The notes under the pieces were generated by a model. The model was not told the DNA's origin. It searched no databases and saw nothing but the letters and a program-made list of their open reading frames with translations. From Patescibacteria group bacterium (lineage in GTDB: Bacteria; Patescibacteriota; Patescibacteriia; Buchananbacterales; UBA6539): DNA of 64,000 nt. How positions within the stretch are numbered: position 1 is the stretch's first letter; every line of letters starts with the position of its first letter. The translations under genes and the position numbers were made by a program. The stretch covers positions 58,643 through 122,642 of the forward strand of contig JAVEXP010000003.1 of the NCBI GenBank assembly GCA_034003985.1, given 5' to 3'. Below, piece after piece: positions 28,831 through 38,042 of this stretch.

Positions 28831-29289
28831 ATGCCCCAAATTACCACCAACAAACAAGCACTACATGATTACCAGGTTCTCGACAAGGCCGAAGCTGGCA
28901 TTGTTTTATCTGGCCCGGAAGTCAAAGCTGTTAAAAACGGCCAGATTAATTTGAAAGGTAGTCATATTTCAATTGACCCCAAAAGCGAAGTTTGGCTGAT
29001 TGGCACCCACATTTCTCCCTATAAGCCAGCCAGCGCCAACCAAAAGGACTACCGGCCAACCAGGGATCGCAAGCTACTATTGAACCATAAGGAAATCGAC
29101 CAACTGCGAGGCAAAAGTAAAGAAAAAGGCTTGACAATTCTACCTATTTCTGTATATACTAGAGGAAGTCTGATCAAAGTCGAAATTGCCGTGGTTCGAG
29201 GGAAAAAACATTACGACAAGCGCGAAACCATCAAACGACGGGAAATTGACCGAGAAATCAGAAGAAAGGTCAGACATTCGTCAAGATAA
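28831..29289 (+). CDS. smpB: SsrA-binding protein
   Basis: Motifs EAGIVLSGPEVK, RDRKLLL, GLTILP, RGKKHYDKRE. Confidence 0.97.
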   Translation: MPQITTNKQALHDYQVLDKAEAGIVLSGPEVKAVKNGQINLKGSHISIDPKSEVWLIGTHISPYKPASANQKDYRPTRDRKLLLNHKEIDQLRGKSKEKGLTILPISVYTRGSLIKVEIAVVRGKKHYDKRETIKRREIDREIRRKVRHSSR

Positions 29290-29298
29290 CAATATCAA

Positions 29299-29690
29299 GG
29301 GGATGCCTAAAATCGATAGGATGCAGACCTTGGACAGTCAAGCCGAGGGTTGATTATTTGCCTCGCCAAACCCAAATAGTCATCAAAAATAAGTGCCAAA
29401 TCACTTATGGCTAGGGTCAAGAGCGCTTTTAGCTCTCTTAGTCTAGCCCCCGCTTTGGCCTAAAACCCAAAGCCATCGGCCCGACAATGCCTAATAGTCG
29501 GTCACCGGTGTCAATTATTAGGCTGCAGCCGTTTGGTGTTTCAGTAAACGGCCCAAGTCTAAACTGAGACTTTAAAGCTTGGGGTTTTGTCAATTTTTGA
29601 CTTGAGCTTTGAACTTAAAAATTGACTAAGCTTGTAGAGCTGTTTACGATCACTTTCTAGACAGGGGTGCGAATCCCCTCATCTCCACCA
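29299..29690 (+). ncRNA. ssrA: tmRNA
   Basis: GGGGATG/CATCTCC-ACCA acceptor stem with G3:U70; directly after smpB; tag ORF after ATAAGT reads AKSLMARVKSAFSSLSLAPALA* (29395-29463). Confidence 0.93.
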
Positions 29691-29718
29691 TTACCAATCA
29701 TTATTAATTTTCAAAATC

Positions 29719-30270
29719 TTGAGAATTTCAAGAAAAAAAATCAAGTACAAACCGAGTCAACAGAAAAAATACCGGGCCAATGATCGGATTAAAAGTCCGC
29801 AAATCAGGCTGATTGACGAAAACGGACAAAACATCGGGATTGTCGATACTGACGAAGCTCGAGAAATGGCCCAAGACCGAGGTCTGGATCTGGTAGAAGT
29901 TTCGCCGCTGGCCAACCCGCCAGTGGTCAAAATTGTCGATTATAGCAAATTGAAATATCAGGAAGAAAAAGAACGACGCAAAGAAAAAGCCAAACAGAAA
30001 AAAGTCGAAATCAAAGGGATTAGACTGTCACTAAGAATCAGTGATCACGATAAAGAAGTGAGAATCAAGCAGGCCGAAAGATTTCTTAAACAAGACGACA
30101 AAGTTAAGCTGGAATTAGCACTCAAAGGCCGGGAACGGCAGCACAAAGATTTGGCTAGTGAGATTGTTAATAAATTCATTAAATCTTTAAACGAATTAGT
30201 GGAAGTAACAGTTGAACAGCCGCTGAATATCCAGGGCGGCAAGCTTTCAATTGTTATCGCTAAAAAATAA
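29719..30270 (+). CDS. infC: Translation initiation factor IF-3
   Basis: Motifs N.RI....IRLID, LDLVEVSP.A.PPV.KI.DY.K, DHD; non-ATG start. Confidence 0.95.
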   Translation: MRISRKKIKYKPSQQKKYRANDRIKSPQIRLIDENGQNIGIVDTDEAREMAQDRGLDLVEVSPLANPPVVKIVDYSKLKYQEEKERRKEKAKQKKVEIKGIRLSLRISDHDKEVRIKQAERFLKQDDKVKLELALKGRERQHKDLASEIVNKFIKSLNELVEVTVEQPLNIQGGKLSIVIAKK

Positions 30271-30322
30271 TTAAAGGCCAAGTAACAGCCAATTTGCTGT
30301 TTTTTAATTTTCAACCAAAATT

Positions 30323-30526
30323 ATGAAACTAAAAACTCATAAAACTACGGCTAAAAAAGTGAAGGTCACTAAAGCCAAAAAAAATCGCAAGCTAATCACC
30401 AAACATGCCGGACAAGATCATTTTAATGCCCGCGATACCGGGAAAGTCGGCCGGCGCAAACGGCGCAATCAGAGCTTAGCCAAAGCGGACAGCAAGAACA
30501 TCAAACGCCTATTACCTTATTCATAA
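30323..30526 (+). CDS. rpmI: 50S ribosomal protein L35
   Basis: MKLKTHK..AKK; lies between infC and rplT. Confidence 0.92.
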   Translation: MKLKTHKTTAKKVKVTKAKKNRKLITKHAGQDHFNARDTGKVGRRKRRNQSLAKADSKNIKRLLPYS

Positions 30527-30551
30527 GATAAATTCTCAATAAGTTAACATT

Positions 30552-30899
30552 ATGCCCAGAGTGAAACGAGGAACAACTCATGTCGCTAAACGCAAACGAG
30601 TCCTGAGCAAAACCAAAGGCTATAAGTGGGGCCGCAAAAACATCGGTCGCTTAGCCAAAACCGCCGCCAAAAAAGCCGGCGCCCAAGCGCTCAGTGATCG
30701 ACGCAAGAAAAAGCGGGTTAATCGGTCGTTGTGGTTGATTAAAATCAACGCGGCTTGCCGAGAAAACGATCTGTCCTATTCTAAGCTCATCAAACTGTTG
30801 AAGGACAACAAGATCGAAATCGACCGCAAAATCTTAGCCGAAATGGCTGCCAAACAGCCCAAAGTGTTCAAGCAAGTTGTTGAACAAATCAAAAAATAA
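30552..30899 (+). CDS. rplT: 50S ribosomal protein L20
   Basis: Motifs MPRVKRG, RSLW..KINAA.R, IDRKILAEMA. Confidence 0.96.
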   Translation: MPRVKRGTTHVAKRKRVLSKTKGYKWGRKNIGRLAKTAAKKAGAQALSDRRKKKRVNRSLWLIKINAACRENDLSYSKLIKLLKDNKIEIDRKILAEMAAKQPKVFKQVVEQIKK

Positions 30900-30925
30900 T
30901 ATAATGGGTCTTGTGACCCATTTAC

Positions 30926-31002
30926 GGGGGCGTAGCTCAGTTGGTTAGAGCGTCTGCCTGTCACGCAGAAGGTCGAGGGTTCGAGCCCCTTCGTCCCCGC
31001 CA
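30926..31002 (+). tRNA. tRNA-Asp(GTC)
   Basis: GGGGGCG/CGTCCCC acceptor stem, G73, anticodon arm TCTGC-CTGTCAC-GCAGA, CCA. Confidence 0.96.
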
Positions 31003-31067
31003 TTAAAAAATCGCCTACTGGGCGGTTTTTTGCTATACTTAGGACACGATAATTAATAATAAAAATT

Positions 31068-31631
31068 ATGGGAAGATTTAACCGAAACGACAAACCAGGC
31101 GGCAGAAGAGACTTTGGCGACAGAAAGAATGATAAACCAATGTACAAGGCAATCTGTAATAACTGCGGCAAAAATTGCGAGGTGCCATTCAAACCAAGTG
31201 GTGACCGACCGGTTTTATGCAGTGACTGTTTCTCCAATAGTCGTGGCAATGATCGACCTAAACATTACGACCGCTCTGGTAATAAAAATTTTGGTCGCGA
31301 TAAAACAATGTATATTGCAACTTGTGATAATTGCGGCGACAAATGTGAAGTACCTTTTCGACCAACTGGTGATAAGCCGGTTTATTGCAATAAATGCTTT
31401 AACCAAATAAACGATTCGAATAGGGGTAGGAATGAAAATGAAACCACCAAACAGCTAAACACCCAATTAACTACCCTGAACAACAAGTTGGATAAAATTT
31501 TAGAAATTCTATCTCAAAAATCAGCAGTTGAAACTAAATCAACTGCCAAACCAAAGAAAGCGACCATAAAAGAAAAAAAAGTATCAACCACCAGTAAAAA
31601 GAAAACTACTGCCACCAAGAAGAAGAAATAA
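31068..31631 (+). CDS. Protein with two CxxC-x17-CxxC zinc-ribbon domains and a Lys-rich tail
   Basis: MY.A.C.NCG..CEVPF.P.GD.PV.C..CF occurs twice. Confidence 0.9.
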   Translation: MGRFNRNDKPGGRRDFGDRKNDKPMYKAICNNCGKNCEVPFKPSGDRPVLCSDCFSNSRGNDRPKHYDRSGNKNFGRDKTMYIATCDNCGDKCEVPFRPTGDKPVYCNKCFNQINDSNRGRNENETTKQLNTQLTTLNNKLDKILEILSQKSAVETKSTAKPKKATIKEKKVSTTSKKKTTATKKKK

Positions 31632-31714
31632 CTGGTATTGATTTTTTCCCGTTTGTCTCCGTTACGCAAATTTATCCACTTAACACCCCCCGTTGTTATT
31701 ATATCAATCAAAGT

Positions 31715-31888
31715 GTGAATAAAAATAAATTATTATTTTCTATTATCACAATACTATTCGGGTTGTTTTTGATTGTCTTTGGCGGGGCTGACGACAGTCC
31801 TGGGGCGCAACTGCTTGGACTGGTAATAATTGCCATCAATATTGCGATAATAATCAAAAATAAACGAACTCTCAAACCCAAGCCATAA
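31715..31888 (+). CDS. Small two-TM membrane protein (57 aa, not in ORF track)
   Basis: GTG start; MNKNKLLFSIITILFGLFLIVFGGADDSPGAQLLGLVIIAINIAIIIKNKRTLKPKP*. Confidence 0.65.
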   Translation: MNKNKLLFSIITILFGLFLIVFGGADDSPGAQLLGLVIIAINIAIIIKNKRTLKPKP

Positions 31889-31974
31889 CCGCCTAACAAA
31901 TGGACATCGTATAATTTTTTCCATTTGTTATTATTGAATAACCCAATAGGCTGTTTGGTGGTAAAATTAAACCT

Positions 31975-32874
31975 ATGAAACTAGGTCGGCAGCGACAAGG
32001 CGAATTATTTATTTTTTCCGAAGCGACCCTCTGGGCGCTTTTTCCGATTGTCACCGTTTTTTCTTACAGCAGTCTGTCACCGCTGATGTCGTTAGCGGGC
32101 AGCACGATTTTTAGCATCTTATTTTTTGCACTGGCGGTTGGCTTAAAAAAGCGCTGGCGAGAATTCAAGAACAAAGAAGCAATGAAAGATGTGCTATGGA
32201 TTGCTCTAATCATTGGAGTTGGCTATTATTCCTTAATCTTTTTGGGTCTGAATTATACCAGTCCGGGCAACGCCAGTATTATTGCCTTTACCGCCGAAAT
32301 TTTGTTTAGTTTTATTTTTTTTCATCTTTGGCGCAAGGACTATATTCCACTCAACCACTTGATGGGTGCAATGCTGATGGCCACGGCGGCGGGAATAGTC
32401 CTCTACCCCAATACCACCAGCCTGAACCACGGCGACCTGCTAATTCTACTGGCCGCCGCTGTTCCCCCGCTTGGTAATTTTTTCCAGCAACGCGCCCGAA
32501 AAAAAATCAGCAGCGAAAGCATTATGCTGGGGCGCAGCCTAATTAGCGCGGTGGCAATAATGGCGCTGGCCTTAATTTTTGGCGGACCGGTAAAAATAAT
32601 TGATCTCAAAACTTCCATCCTATTCTTATTAATCAATGGTTTTTTGTTGATGGGATTATCGAAAATTTTATGGATTGAAGGAATCCACCGCATATCGGTC
32701 ACCAAGGCAACCTCGCTAAGCACTATCGCGCCGATACTGACAATTCTATTTTCCTGGTTTTTCTTACAGCAATCGCCCACCGGCGGACAACTGCTGGCAA
32801 TTATTCCAATGATTCTTGGGGTCGGTTTTCTGGCTACACCGGCCAAAGAACCGACCATGTCTGATACTAGATAA
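31975..32874 (+). CDS. DMT/EamA family transporter
   Basis: About ten TMs in two repeats; GLNYTSPGNAS; GDLLIL. Confidence 0.9.
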   Translation: MKLGRQRQGELFIFSEATLWALFPIVTVFSYSSLSPLMSLAGSTIFSILFFALAVGLKKRWREFKNKEAMKDVLWIALIIGVGYYSLIFLGLNYTSPGNASIIAFTAEILFSFIFFHLWRKDYIPLNHLMGAMLMATAAGIVLYPNTTSLNHGDLLILLAAAVPPLGNFFQQRARKKISSESIMLGRSLISAVAIMALALIFGGPVKIIDLKTSILFLLINGFLLMGLSKILWIEGIHRISVTKATSLSTIAPILTILFSWFFLQQSPTGGQLLAIIPMILGVGFLATPAKEPTMSDTR

Positions 32875-33008
32875 ATAATTCAATTTCAACGAAGTGATAA
32901 AATTACCGCTAACGGGCTTGAGCGGTTTTTTTGATTTGACAAACAATATTTTCGGTGATAATTTGACCTTGGTTTCAAGGGATCAAACACTTACTGGGAG
33001 GATTGAAG

Positions 33009-33485
33009 ATGAGTATGAAAACCTTGGACATTGGGCCGGATGAAGCAGAGTGCCAAACAAAATATGGCTGCTTTGCAATCTTTTTCGAAAGGCAAAAACA
33101 CGACCTGCCAATCAATTGTCTAGTGACGCCAACTCTGGAAGACCAAAGGCTGACGGAATCCAAGTTGGTAGCCATCGAAGAAATAATGATGCGGGCAGAA
33201 GATGGCAAAACTCGGCATGGCTGGCTTTACCTGTTTATATCGCAGTTAAAGCCCCAGACTCGCAACCTGAGATGCACCACCATTGTTGCCACCTGGCAAC
33301 GGGCGCAATGCTACCGGCAATATGGATATGTCACCCTGCCCGGCACGGATTCAAGCATCTTTCCGGTTGGAACAGCCATATGGTTGAAATGTTTTGGTGA
33401 AGATTTGGGCATGGGTAAAATCGTGGCCGTCCAGAAATTCCGCCCCATCTGGACCTATCTGTTCATCGTCGCTCGCGAGCAGTAA
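33009..33485 (+). CDS. Orphan hypothetical protein, GC-richer than its flanks
   Basis: TTGACA at 32936, SD GGGAGG, hairpin CCGAGGGT/ACCCTCGG downstream. Confidence 0.6.
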   Translation: MSMKTLDIGPDEAECQTKYGCFAIFFERQKHDLPINCLVTPTLEDQRLTESKLVAIEEIMMRAEDGKTRHGWLYLFISQLKPQTRNLRCTTIVATWQRAQCYRQYGYVTLPGTDSSIFPVGTAIWLKCFGEDLGMGKIVAVQKFRPIWTYLFIVAREQ

Positions 33486-33759
33486 GGCCAAGTCACGCCT
33501 TAAACCGAGGGTCTGCACACCAAGTACACCCTCGGAATTTTTTTAACAATTAGACAAGGCAAAATTACAACTCACCGCGATGATTGACATTAACAAGTTG
33601 TTATGATATCATTAGACTGCTTCCTGATAAATATAATTCTTGAAGTTCTGAGGCTTGCGGAAATCAAATTCCACAGATGTCACAGAGTATAGTTATGTAG
33701 AAATGTAGTCGAATTTCTAATTGCTATGGCAAACTAATTCACTATATTTCTACAGAACT

Positions 33760-33960
33760 ATGCAAGGAACCATAAAAAAATTATTAGGTGAAAAGAAATG
33801 TGGCTTTATCAGCCAAGAAGGTGTCGAAAAGGATGTATTTTTCAGTGACGCGAAGTTGGATGGGGTTAAATACGAAGACCTTAAAGAGGGTGATACTGTC
33901 ACTTTTGATGTTGAAGAAGGTGAAAAAGGACCAGCGGCCGTCAAAGTAAAGAAAGTCTAG
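33760..33960 (+). CDS. Cold-shock domain protein
   Basis: MQGTIK...GFI...DVFF...L.EG..V.F.VEEG.KGP.A..V. Confidence 0.92.
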   Translation: MQGTIKKLLGEKKCGFISQEGVEKDVFFSDAKLDGVKYEDLKEGDTVTFDVEEGEKGPAAVKVKKV

Positions 33961-33972
33961 CCTTTTATAAGT

Positions 33973-34009
33973 TTCTCAAAAAATCGCCCGAGTGGCGATT
34001 TTTTGAGAA
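33973..34009 (+). terminator. Rho-independent terminator
   Basis: TTCTCAAAAAATCGCC-loop-GGCGATTTTTTGAGAA. Confidence 0.8.
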
Positions 34010-34037
34010 TATCAAATCAAATCAGTAATTTAAAAGT

Positions 34038-34220
34038 ATGCTTAAAAAATCAAAAGAATTCGCCACTGGCGAATCAAGATATTGCCAAAAATGCGGCCGA
34101 GAGTCTCATCACTTAATAACCATCGCCGACGGCACTAAAGGAATAGATCAGTTAAAGTACTGTCCGAACTGCGCCGAGAAATTTAAACGATCAAAAAAAA
34201 CTTCCGATAAAACTGACTAA
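34038..34220 (+). CDS. Small Zn-ribbon protein
   Basis: CQKC...CPNC in 60 aa. Confidence 0.6.
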   Translation: MLKKSKEFATGESRYCQKCGRESHHLITIADGTKGIDQLKYCPNCAEKFKRSKKTSDKTD

Positions 34221-34344
34221 TGAACTTTAAGGACGCCCTATTATTTTTTGACGATCGGTTTTAAATTTAATTATCGTAGACACCAACCACATCAACCAAG
34301 GAGTGGTTTTTTGTTACTGCAAATGTTATGATTAGTTATATCAT

Positions 34345-35154
34345 ATGGAAAAAACCCGAAAAAAAATCGGTTTGGCCTTGGGTAGCGGCGGCATCCGCGG
34401 TCTCAGTCATATTGGCGTAATCAAGACTTTGTTAAAACACCAAATTCCAATTGACTACATTGCCGGCAGCAGTATTGGCGCCTGGGTTGGTGCACACTAC
34501 GCGCTGTTTCAAGATATTGAAAAATTGGAAGAATACACTCTGGAAAGAAAGAAAGAAAAATTTCTCTCCTTTCTGGAACCAACTCTAAGAGGCGGTTTAG
34601 TGAAGGGCAAAAAAATCGAAAAGCTGCTGACTGAATGGCTAAACGACGCTTCATTTACCGATACTAAAACTCCCCTTCAGGTTGTCGCCACCGATTTAGT
34701 CAGCGGTCAAGATATTGTATTTTATGAAGGCAAACTGGCCGTTGCGGTCCGAGCCAGTATGTCGGTACCAACCCTGTTTAAACCGATGAAATGGTCTGAT
34801 AAATTATTAGTTGATGGCGGCATCAGTAATCCAGTGCCGGATGATGTGGTACGAAGCATGGGCGCTGATATTGTCATCGCTGTCAATTTAGATAATTACA
34901 TCAAAAATAAAAAATTCACCGAAAAAGAAAGCCAGAGTCTAAGCGCTTCGGCTCAGCGCAGTCTAAATATTTTGCGTTATCATCTTTCGCGCTATTCAAT
35001 TGCTTCGGCCGACATTGTGATTGAACCATACACGCCAGTTGTAGGCATTCGCAGTTTTCGTGATTATTTTGATCAAAAAATTAATACCACTTTAGTCCAA
35101 AGCGGGATTGAAGAAACCGAAAAAGCCATTATTCAAATTAAAGGCCTGCTGTAA
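34345..35154 (+). CDS. Patatin-like phospholipase
   Basis: Motifs LGSGGIRG, GSSIG, RASMSVP, DGG. Confidence 0.93.
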   Translation: MEKTRKKIGLALGSGGIRGLSHIGVIKTLLKHQIPIDYIAGSSIGAWVGAHYALFQDIEKLEEYTLERKKEKFLSFLEPTLRGGLVKGKKIEKLLTEWLNDASFTDTKTPLQVVATDLVSGQDIVFYEGKLAVAVRASMSVPTLFKPMKWSDKLLVDGGISNPVPDDVVRSMGADIVIAVNLDNYIKNKKFTEKESQSLSASAQRSLNILRYHLSRYSIASADIVIEPYTPVVGIRSFRDYFDQKINTTLVQSGIEETEKAIIQIKGLL

Positions 35155-35213
35155 TTTTTTCAAGTCCGACAAATAATCGCCGAGACAGCGATTTTTTGCT
35201 ATAATTAAAATCT

Positions 35214-36437
35214 ATGAAAAAAATAATTTCCGTTTTATTAATATTAATCGCTTCCCTAGGCTGGCTGTCAGCGGCGGGAGCAGCGGAAACTGATCTCAGT
35301 AACCGATTAGCCGGACGAATTTTACTGCAAGTCGAAAGCTACGGCCGGGCCTGGTATGTTGACCCCCTAACCCTAACGCGTTATTATCTCCAGGACGGCA
35401 ACGAAGCTTATTTTTTAATGCGCACTAAGGCTTTGGGTATCACCAATCAAAATTTAAATAAAATTCCTACTAAAAAAGGGCAGCGCGCCGATCAGGCGTT
35501 GGTTAATCGCCTCAAGGGCCAGATATTGTTGCAAGTCGAAGAGCACGGCGAAGCTTGGTATGTTGATCCAATTGACGGTTTACGCCATTATCTGGCCGAT
35601 GGCCAGGCAGCCTTTGAGTTGATGAAGGCCAAAGGCTTAGGAATCAGCAATGCCGATTTGGCAAAAATTCCAATAAATCAAGAACAAATTGTTCATGATA
35701 CGACATTTAACGATGTAGCCTATGCCAAGTTTGATGGTGATATTTTTTCAGACGAGTATAACGCCAATCAAATCTTGCCCTTGGCTTCTTTGTCAAAATT
35801 AATGACTGCTCTAGTCTTTTTAGACACCAATCCTGACTGGAACAGACAAATTACTATCACCCAGGAAGAAATCGACTATCCCAAAACTCTGGCCGGAAAC
35901 GACAATACCAGTGAAGTCGACTTGTCAGCCGGCGATACACTCAGCGTCAATGATTTGTGGGTGGCGATGTTAGTGGCTTCGTCCAATCAGGCGGCCGTAA
36001 CTTTGGCCGACAATTCTGGGTTCAACCGAAGCGAATTTGCCCAAAAGATGAACGACAAGGCCGCGGAATTGGGATTAACCAAAACCAAATTTTATGACCC
36101 CTCGGGTTTAGACGCCCACAATGTAACCACCGCTCAAGAGATGGCCAAGATTGCTTGGGCGGCGTTCAACCAACCAAAGATTGTCGAACCTCACCAATAT
36201 CAAAATTATGCCATCAAGGTTGTTACCAACCGGGGAGAAACCAAAACAGTGACAGTCGCCGATCGCAATTACAGCCTGCAACAATTCATACCTCAGGCTT
36301 CAAAAACCGGCTACCTAGTTGAAGCCCAGCGAACCGTGGCATTAAAAAAAGATAATCAAATAATCGTGGTAATGCACGCCTTGAGTATGAACCAGAGAAA
36401 TGATATTATCAAAAAGCTAATCAACAATTCTTTATGA
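35214..36437 (+). CDS. D-alanyl-D-alanine carboxypeptidase/endopeptidase (S11) with a duplicated N-terminal repeat domain
   Basis: Catalytic motifs SLSK, SSN and KTG; two L.G.ILLQVE..G.AWYV.P repeats. Confidence 0.88.
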   Translation: MKKIISVLLILIASLGWLSAAGAAETDLSNRLAGRILLQVESYGRAWYVDPLTLTRYYLQDGNEAYFLMRTKALGITNQNLNKIPTKKGQRADQALVNRLKGQILLQVEEHGEAWYVDPIDGLRHYLADGQAAFELMKAKGLGISNADLAKIPINQEQIVHDTTFNDVAYAKFDGDIFSDEYNANQILPLASLSKLMTALVFLDTNPDWNRQITITQEEIDYPKTLAGNDNTSEVDLSAGDTLSVNDLWVAMLVASSNQAAVTLADNSGFNRSEFAQKMNDKAAELGLTKTKFYDPSGLDAHNVTTAQEMAKIAWAAFNQPKIVEPHQYQNYAIKVVTNRGETKTVTVADRNYSLQQFIPQASKTGYLVEAQRTVALKKDNQIIVVMHALSMNQRNDIIKKLINNSL

Positions 36438-36670
36438 TTATCAAAATTTTAGGATCAGGCTGCCCAAATTGCCAGAAACTTGAAAGTTTGGCCGGTCAGG
36501 CAGCCACCGAATTGGGACTAGATGCCAAAATCGAAAAGGTTACCGACTTTGCCCAGATTGCAGCCTATGGCGCAATGGCTATGCCGGCCCTGGTAATTGA
36601 CGACCAACTCAAACTGGCCGGCCGACTACCAAAACTAGAAGAATTAAAAAATCTATTAGCCAATGCTTAA
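36434..36670 (+). CDS. Small thioredoxin-like protein (MTH895/Thioredoxin_3 type)
   Basis: IKILGSGCPNC..L; MPALVID. Confidence 0.88.
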   Translation: MIIKILGSGCPNCQKLESLAGQAATELGLDAKIEKVTDFAQIAAYGAMAMPALVIDDQLKLAGRLPKLEELKNLLANA

Positions 36671-37625
36671 AGCGACAATTGATTATTTAACTTTTGAATT
36701 ACTAAAATTAAATCCCGCTTCGCCGCTGGGACAAAGTGTTAATTTTTTTATTTACGACAGCATTAAAATCCTGCTATTACTTCTGATTGTCACTAATTTG
36801 ATGAGCTTGATTCGTTATTACTTGCCATTGGAAAAAATTCGCGATTTTCTTAGTACCAATAAATTACACGGCTTGGAATATTTTTTGGCAGCAGGCTTTG
36901 GAGCAATCACGCCATTTTGTTCCTGTTCGTCCATTCCCCTGTTTATCGGCTTTTTGGGCGCCGGAATTCCCCTGGGCGTTACTCTGGCGTTCCTGATTAC
37001 CTCACCACTAGTCAATGAAGTGGGATTAGCCTTATTCATCGGATTATTCGGCTGGAAAATAACTATCATTTACGCGGTCAGTGGCATCATTATCGGGGTT
37101 AGCGGCGGTTACATTTTAGGAAAATTAAAACTGGAAAAATATGTTGCTTCGTTTGTTCGGGAGACCAAAATTAATCAAGCGGCAGTCAAAACAACGGCTA
37201 AAAAATCAATTAGGCAGATTGCTAAAATAATCTGGCAAGAAGCTCAAGGGATTATTGTTAAAATTTTGCCCTATATTCTGGCTGGGGTAGCAATCGGGGC
37301 AATTATTCACGGCTATGTCCCCCATGGTTATTTTGAAAAATACCTCGGTAAGGAAAATTTTTGGGCGGTACCGCTGGCCGTTATTTTAGCAGTACCACTT
37401 TACTCCGATCATAGCGGGATAATCCCGATTATCAAGGTACTAATAGACAAAGGTATCCCCTTGGGAACGGCGATGGCTTTCATGATGGCCACAGTCGGAC
37501 TGTCCCTGCCCGAAGCAATGATCCTAAAAAAAATAATGCGCTGGCAATTACTGACAACTTTTTTCGGGGTTGTTACTTTAGGAATAATCATTTTAGGCTA
37601 TCTCTTTAATCTGATAATTTTCTGA
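36663..37625 (+). CDS. ArsP/DUF318-family permease
   Basis: Motifs TPFCSCSSIPLF, FLITSP.VN, VPLY, GLSLPE. Confidence 0.88.
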   Translation: MLKATIDYLTFELLKLNPASPLGQSVNFFIYDSIKILLLLLIVTNLMSLIRYYLPLEKIRDFLSTNKLHGLEYFLAAGFGAITPFCSCSSIPLFIGFLGAGIPLGVTLAFLITSPLVNEVGLALFIGLFGWKITIIYAVSGIIIGVSGGYILGKLKLEKYVASFVRETKINQAAVKTTAKKSIRQIAKIIWQEAQGIIVKILPYILAGVAIGAIIHGYVPHGYFEKYLGKENFWAVPLAVILAVPLYSDHSGIIPIIKVLIDKGIPLGTAMAFMMATVGLSLPEAMILKKIMRWQLLTTFFGVVTLGIIILGYLFNLIIF

Positions 37626-37683
37626 TTGGCTAGAAAACGCCGCCGGAACCCCAACGGTGTTTTTGAATAGCAAAAAATCAAAC

Positions 37684-37732
37684 TTGACAGCCAAAAATAA
37701 AAATATTACAATATCCCCATATAGGGGATATT
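37684..37732 (+). promoter_or_regulatory. Promoter with CsoR-type operator
   Basis: TTGACA-17-TACAAT overlapped by the palindrome AATATCCCC-ATATA-GGGGATATT (C-tract/G-tract operator). Confidence 0.85.
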
Positions 37733-37765
37733 TTTAATAAAACTAAAATCAGTATTAAGAACCGT

Positions 37766-38038
37766 ATGGACAAAAGACACAAAACAACAACCAAAGACAG
37801 AGCGCTCCACCGGATTAAAATTATCAAGGGCCATCTTGATTCAGTGGAAAAGATGATTCAACAAAATCAATATTGCGTTGACATAGTTCACCAATCCCGA
37901 GCCGTCCAAAAAGCCTTACAAAAATTGGATTTATTAATTATTAACAACCACCTAAATCATTGCGTGGTCAAACAAATTAAAAACGGCCAGGAAGCCAAAA
38001 GTACCGCCGAGCTTCTACGGTTGTTTGAATATCGCTAA
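37766..38038 (+). CDS. csoR: CsoR/RcnR family metal-sensing repressor
   Basis: R...I.GHL....M.....YC.DI..Q...V; H..HC. Confidence 0.88.
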   Translation: MDKRHKTTTKDRALHRIKIIKGHLDSVEKMIQQNQYCVDIVHQSRAVQKALQKLDLLIINNHLNHCVVKQIKNGQEAKSTAELLRLFEYR

Positions 38039-38042
38039 AAAT

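Noticed and set aside
31708-31899. 63-aa minus-strand ORF
   Set aside because: Shadow of the more plausible plus-strand 57-aa membrane protein.
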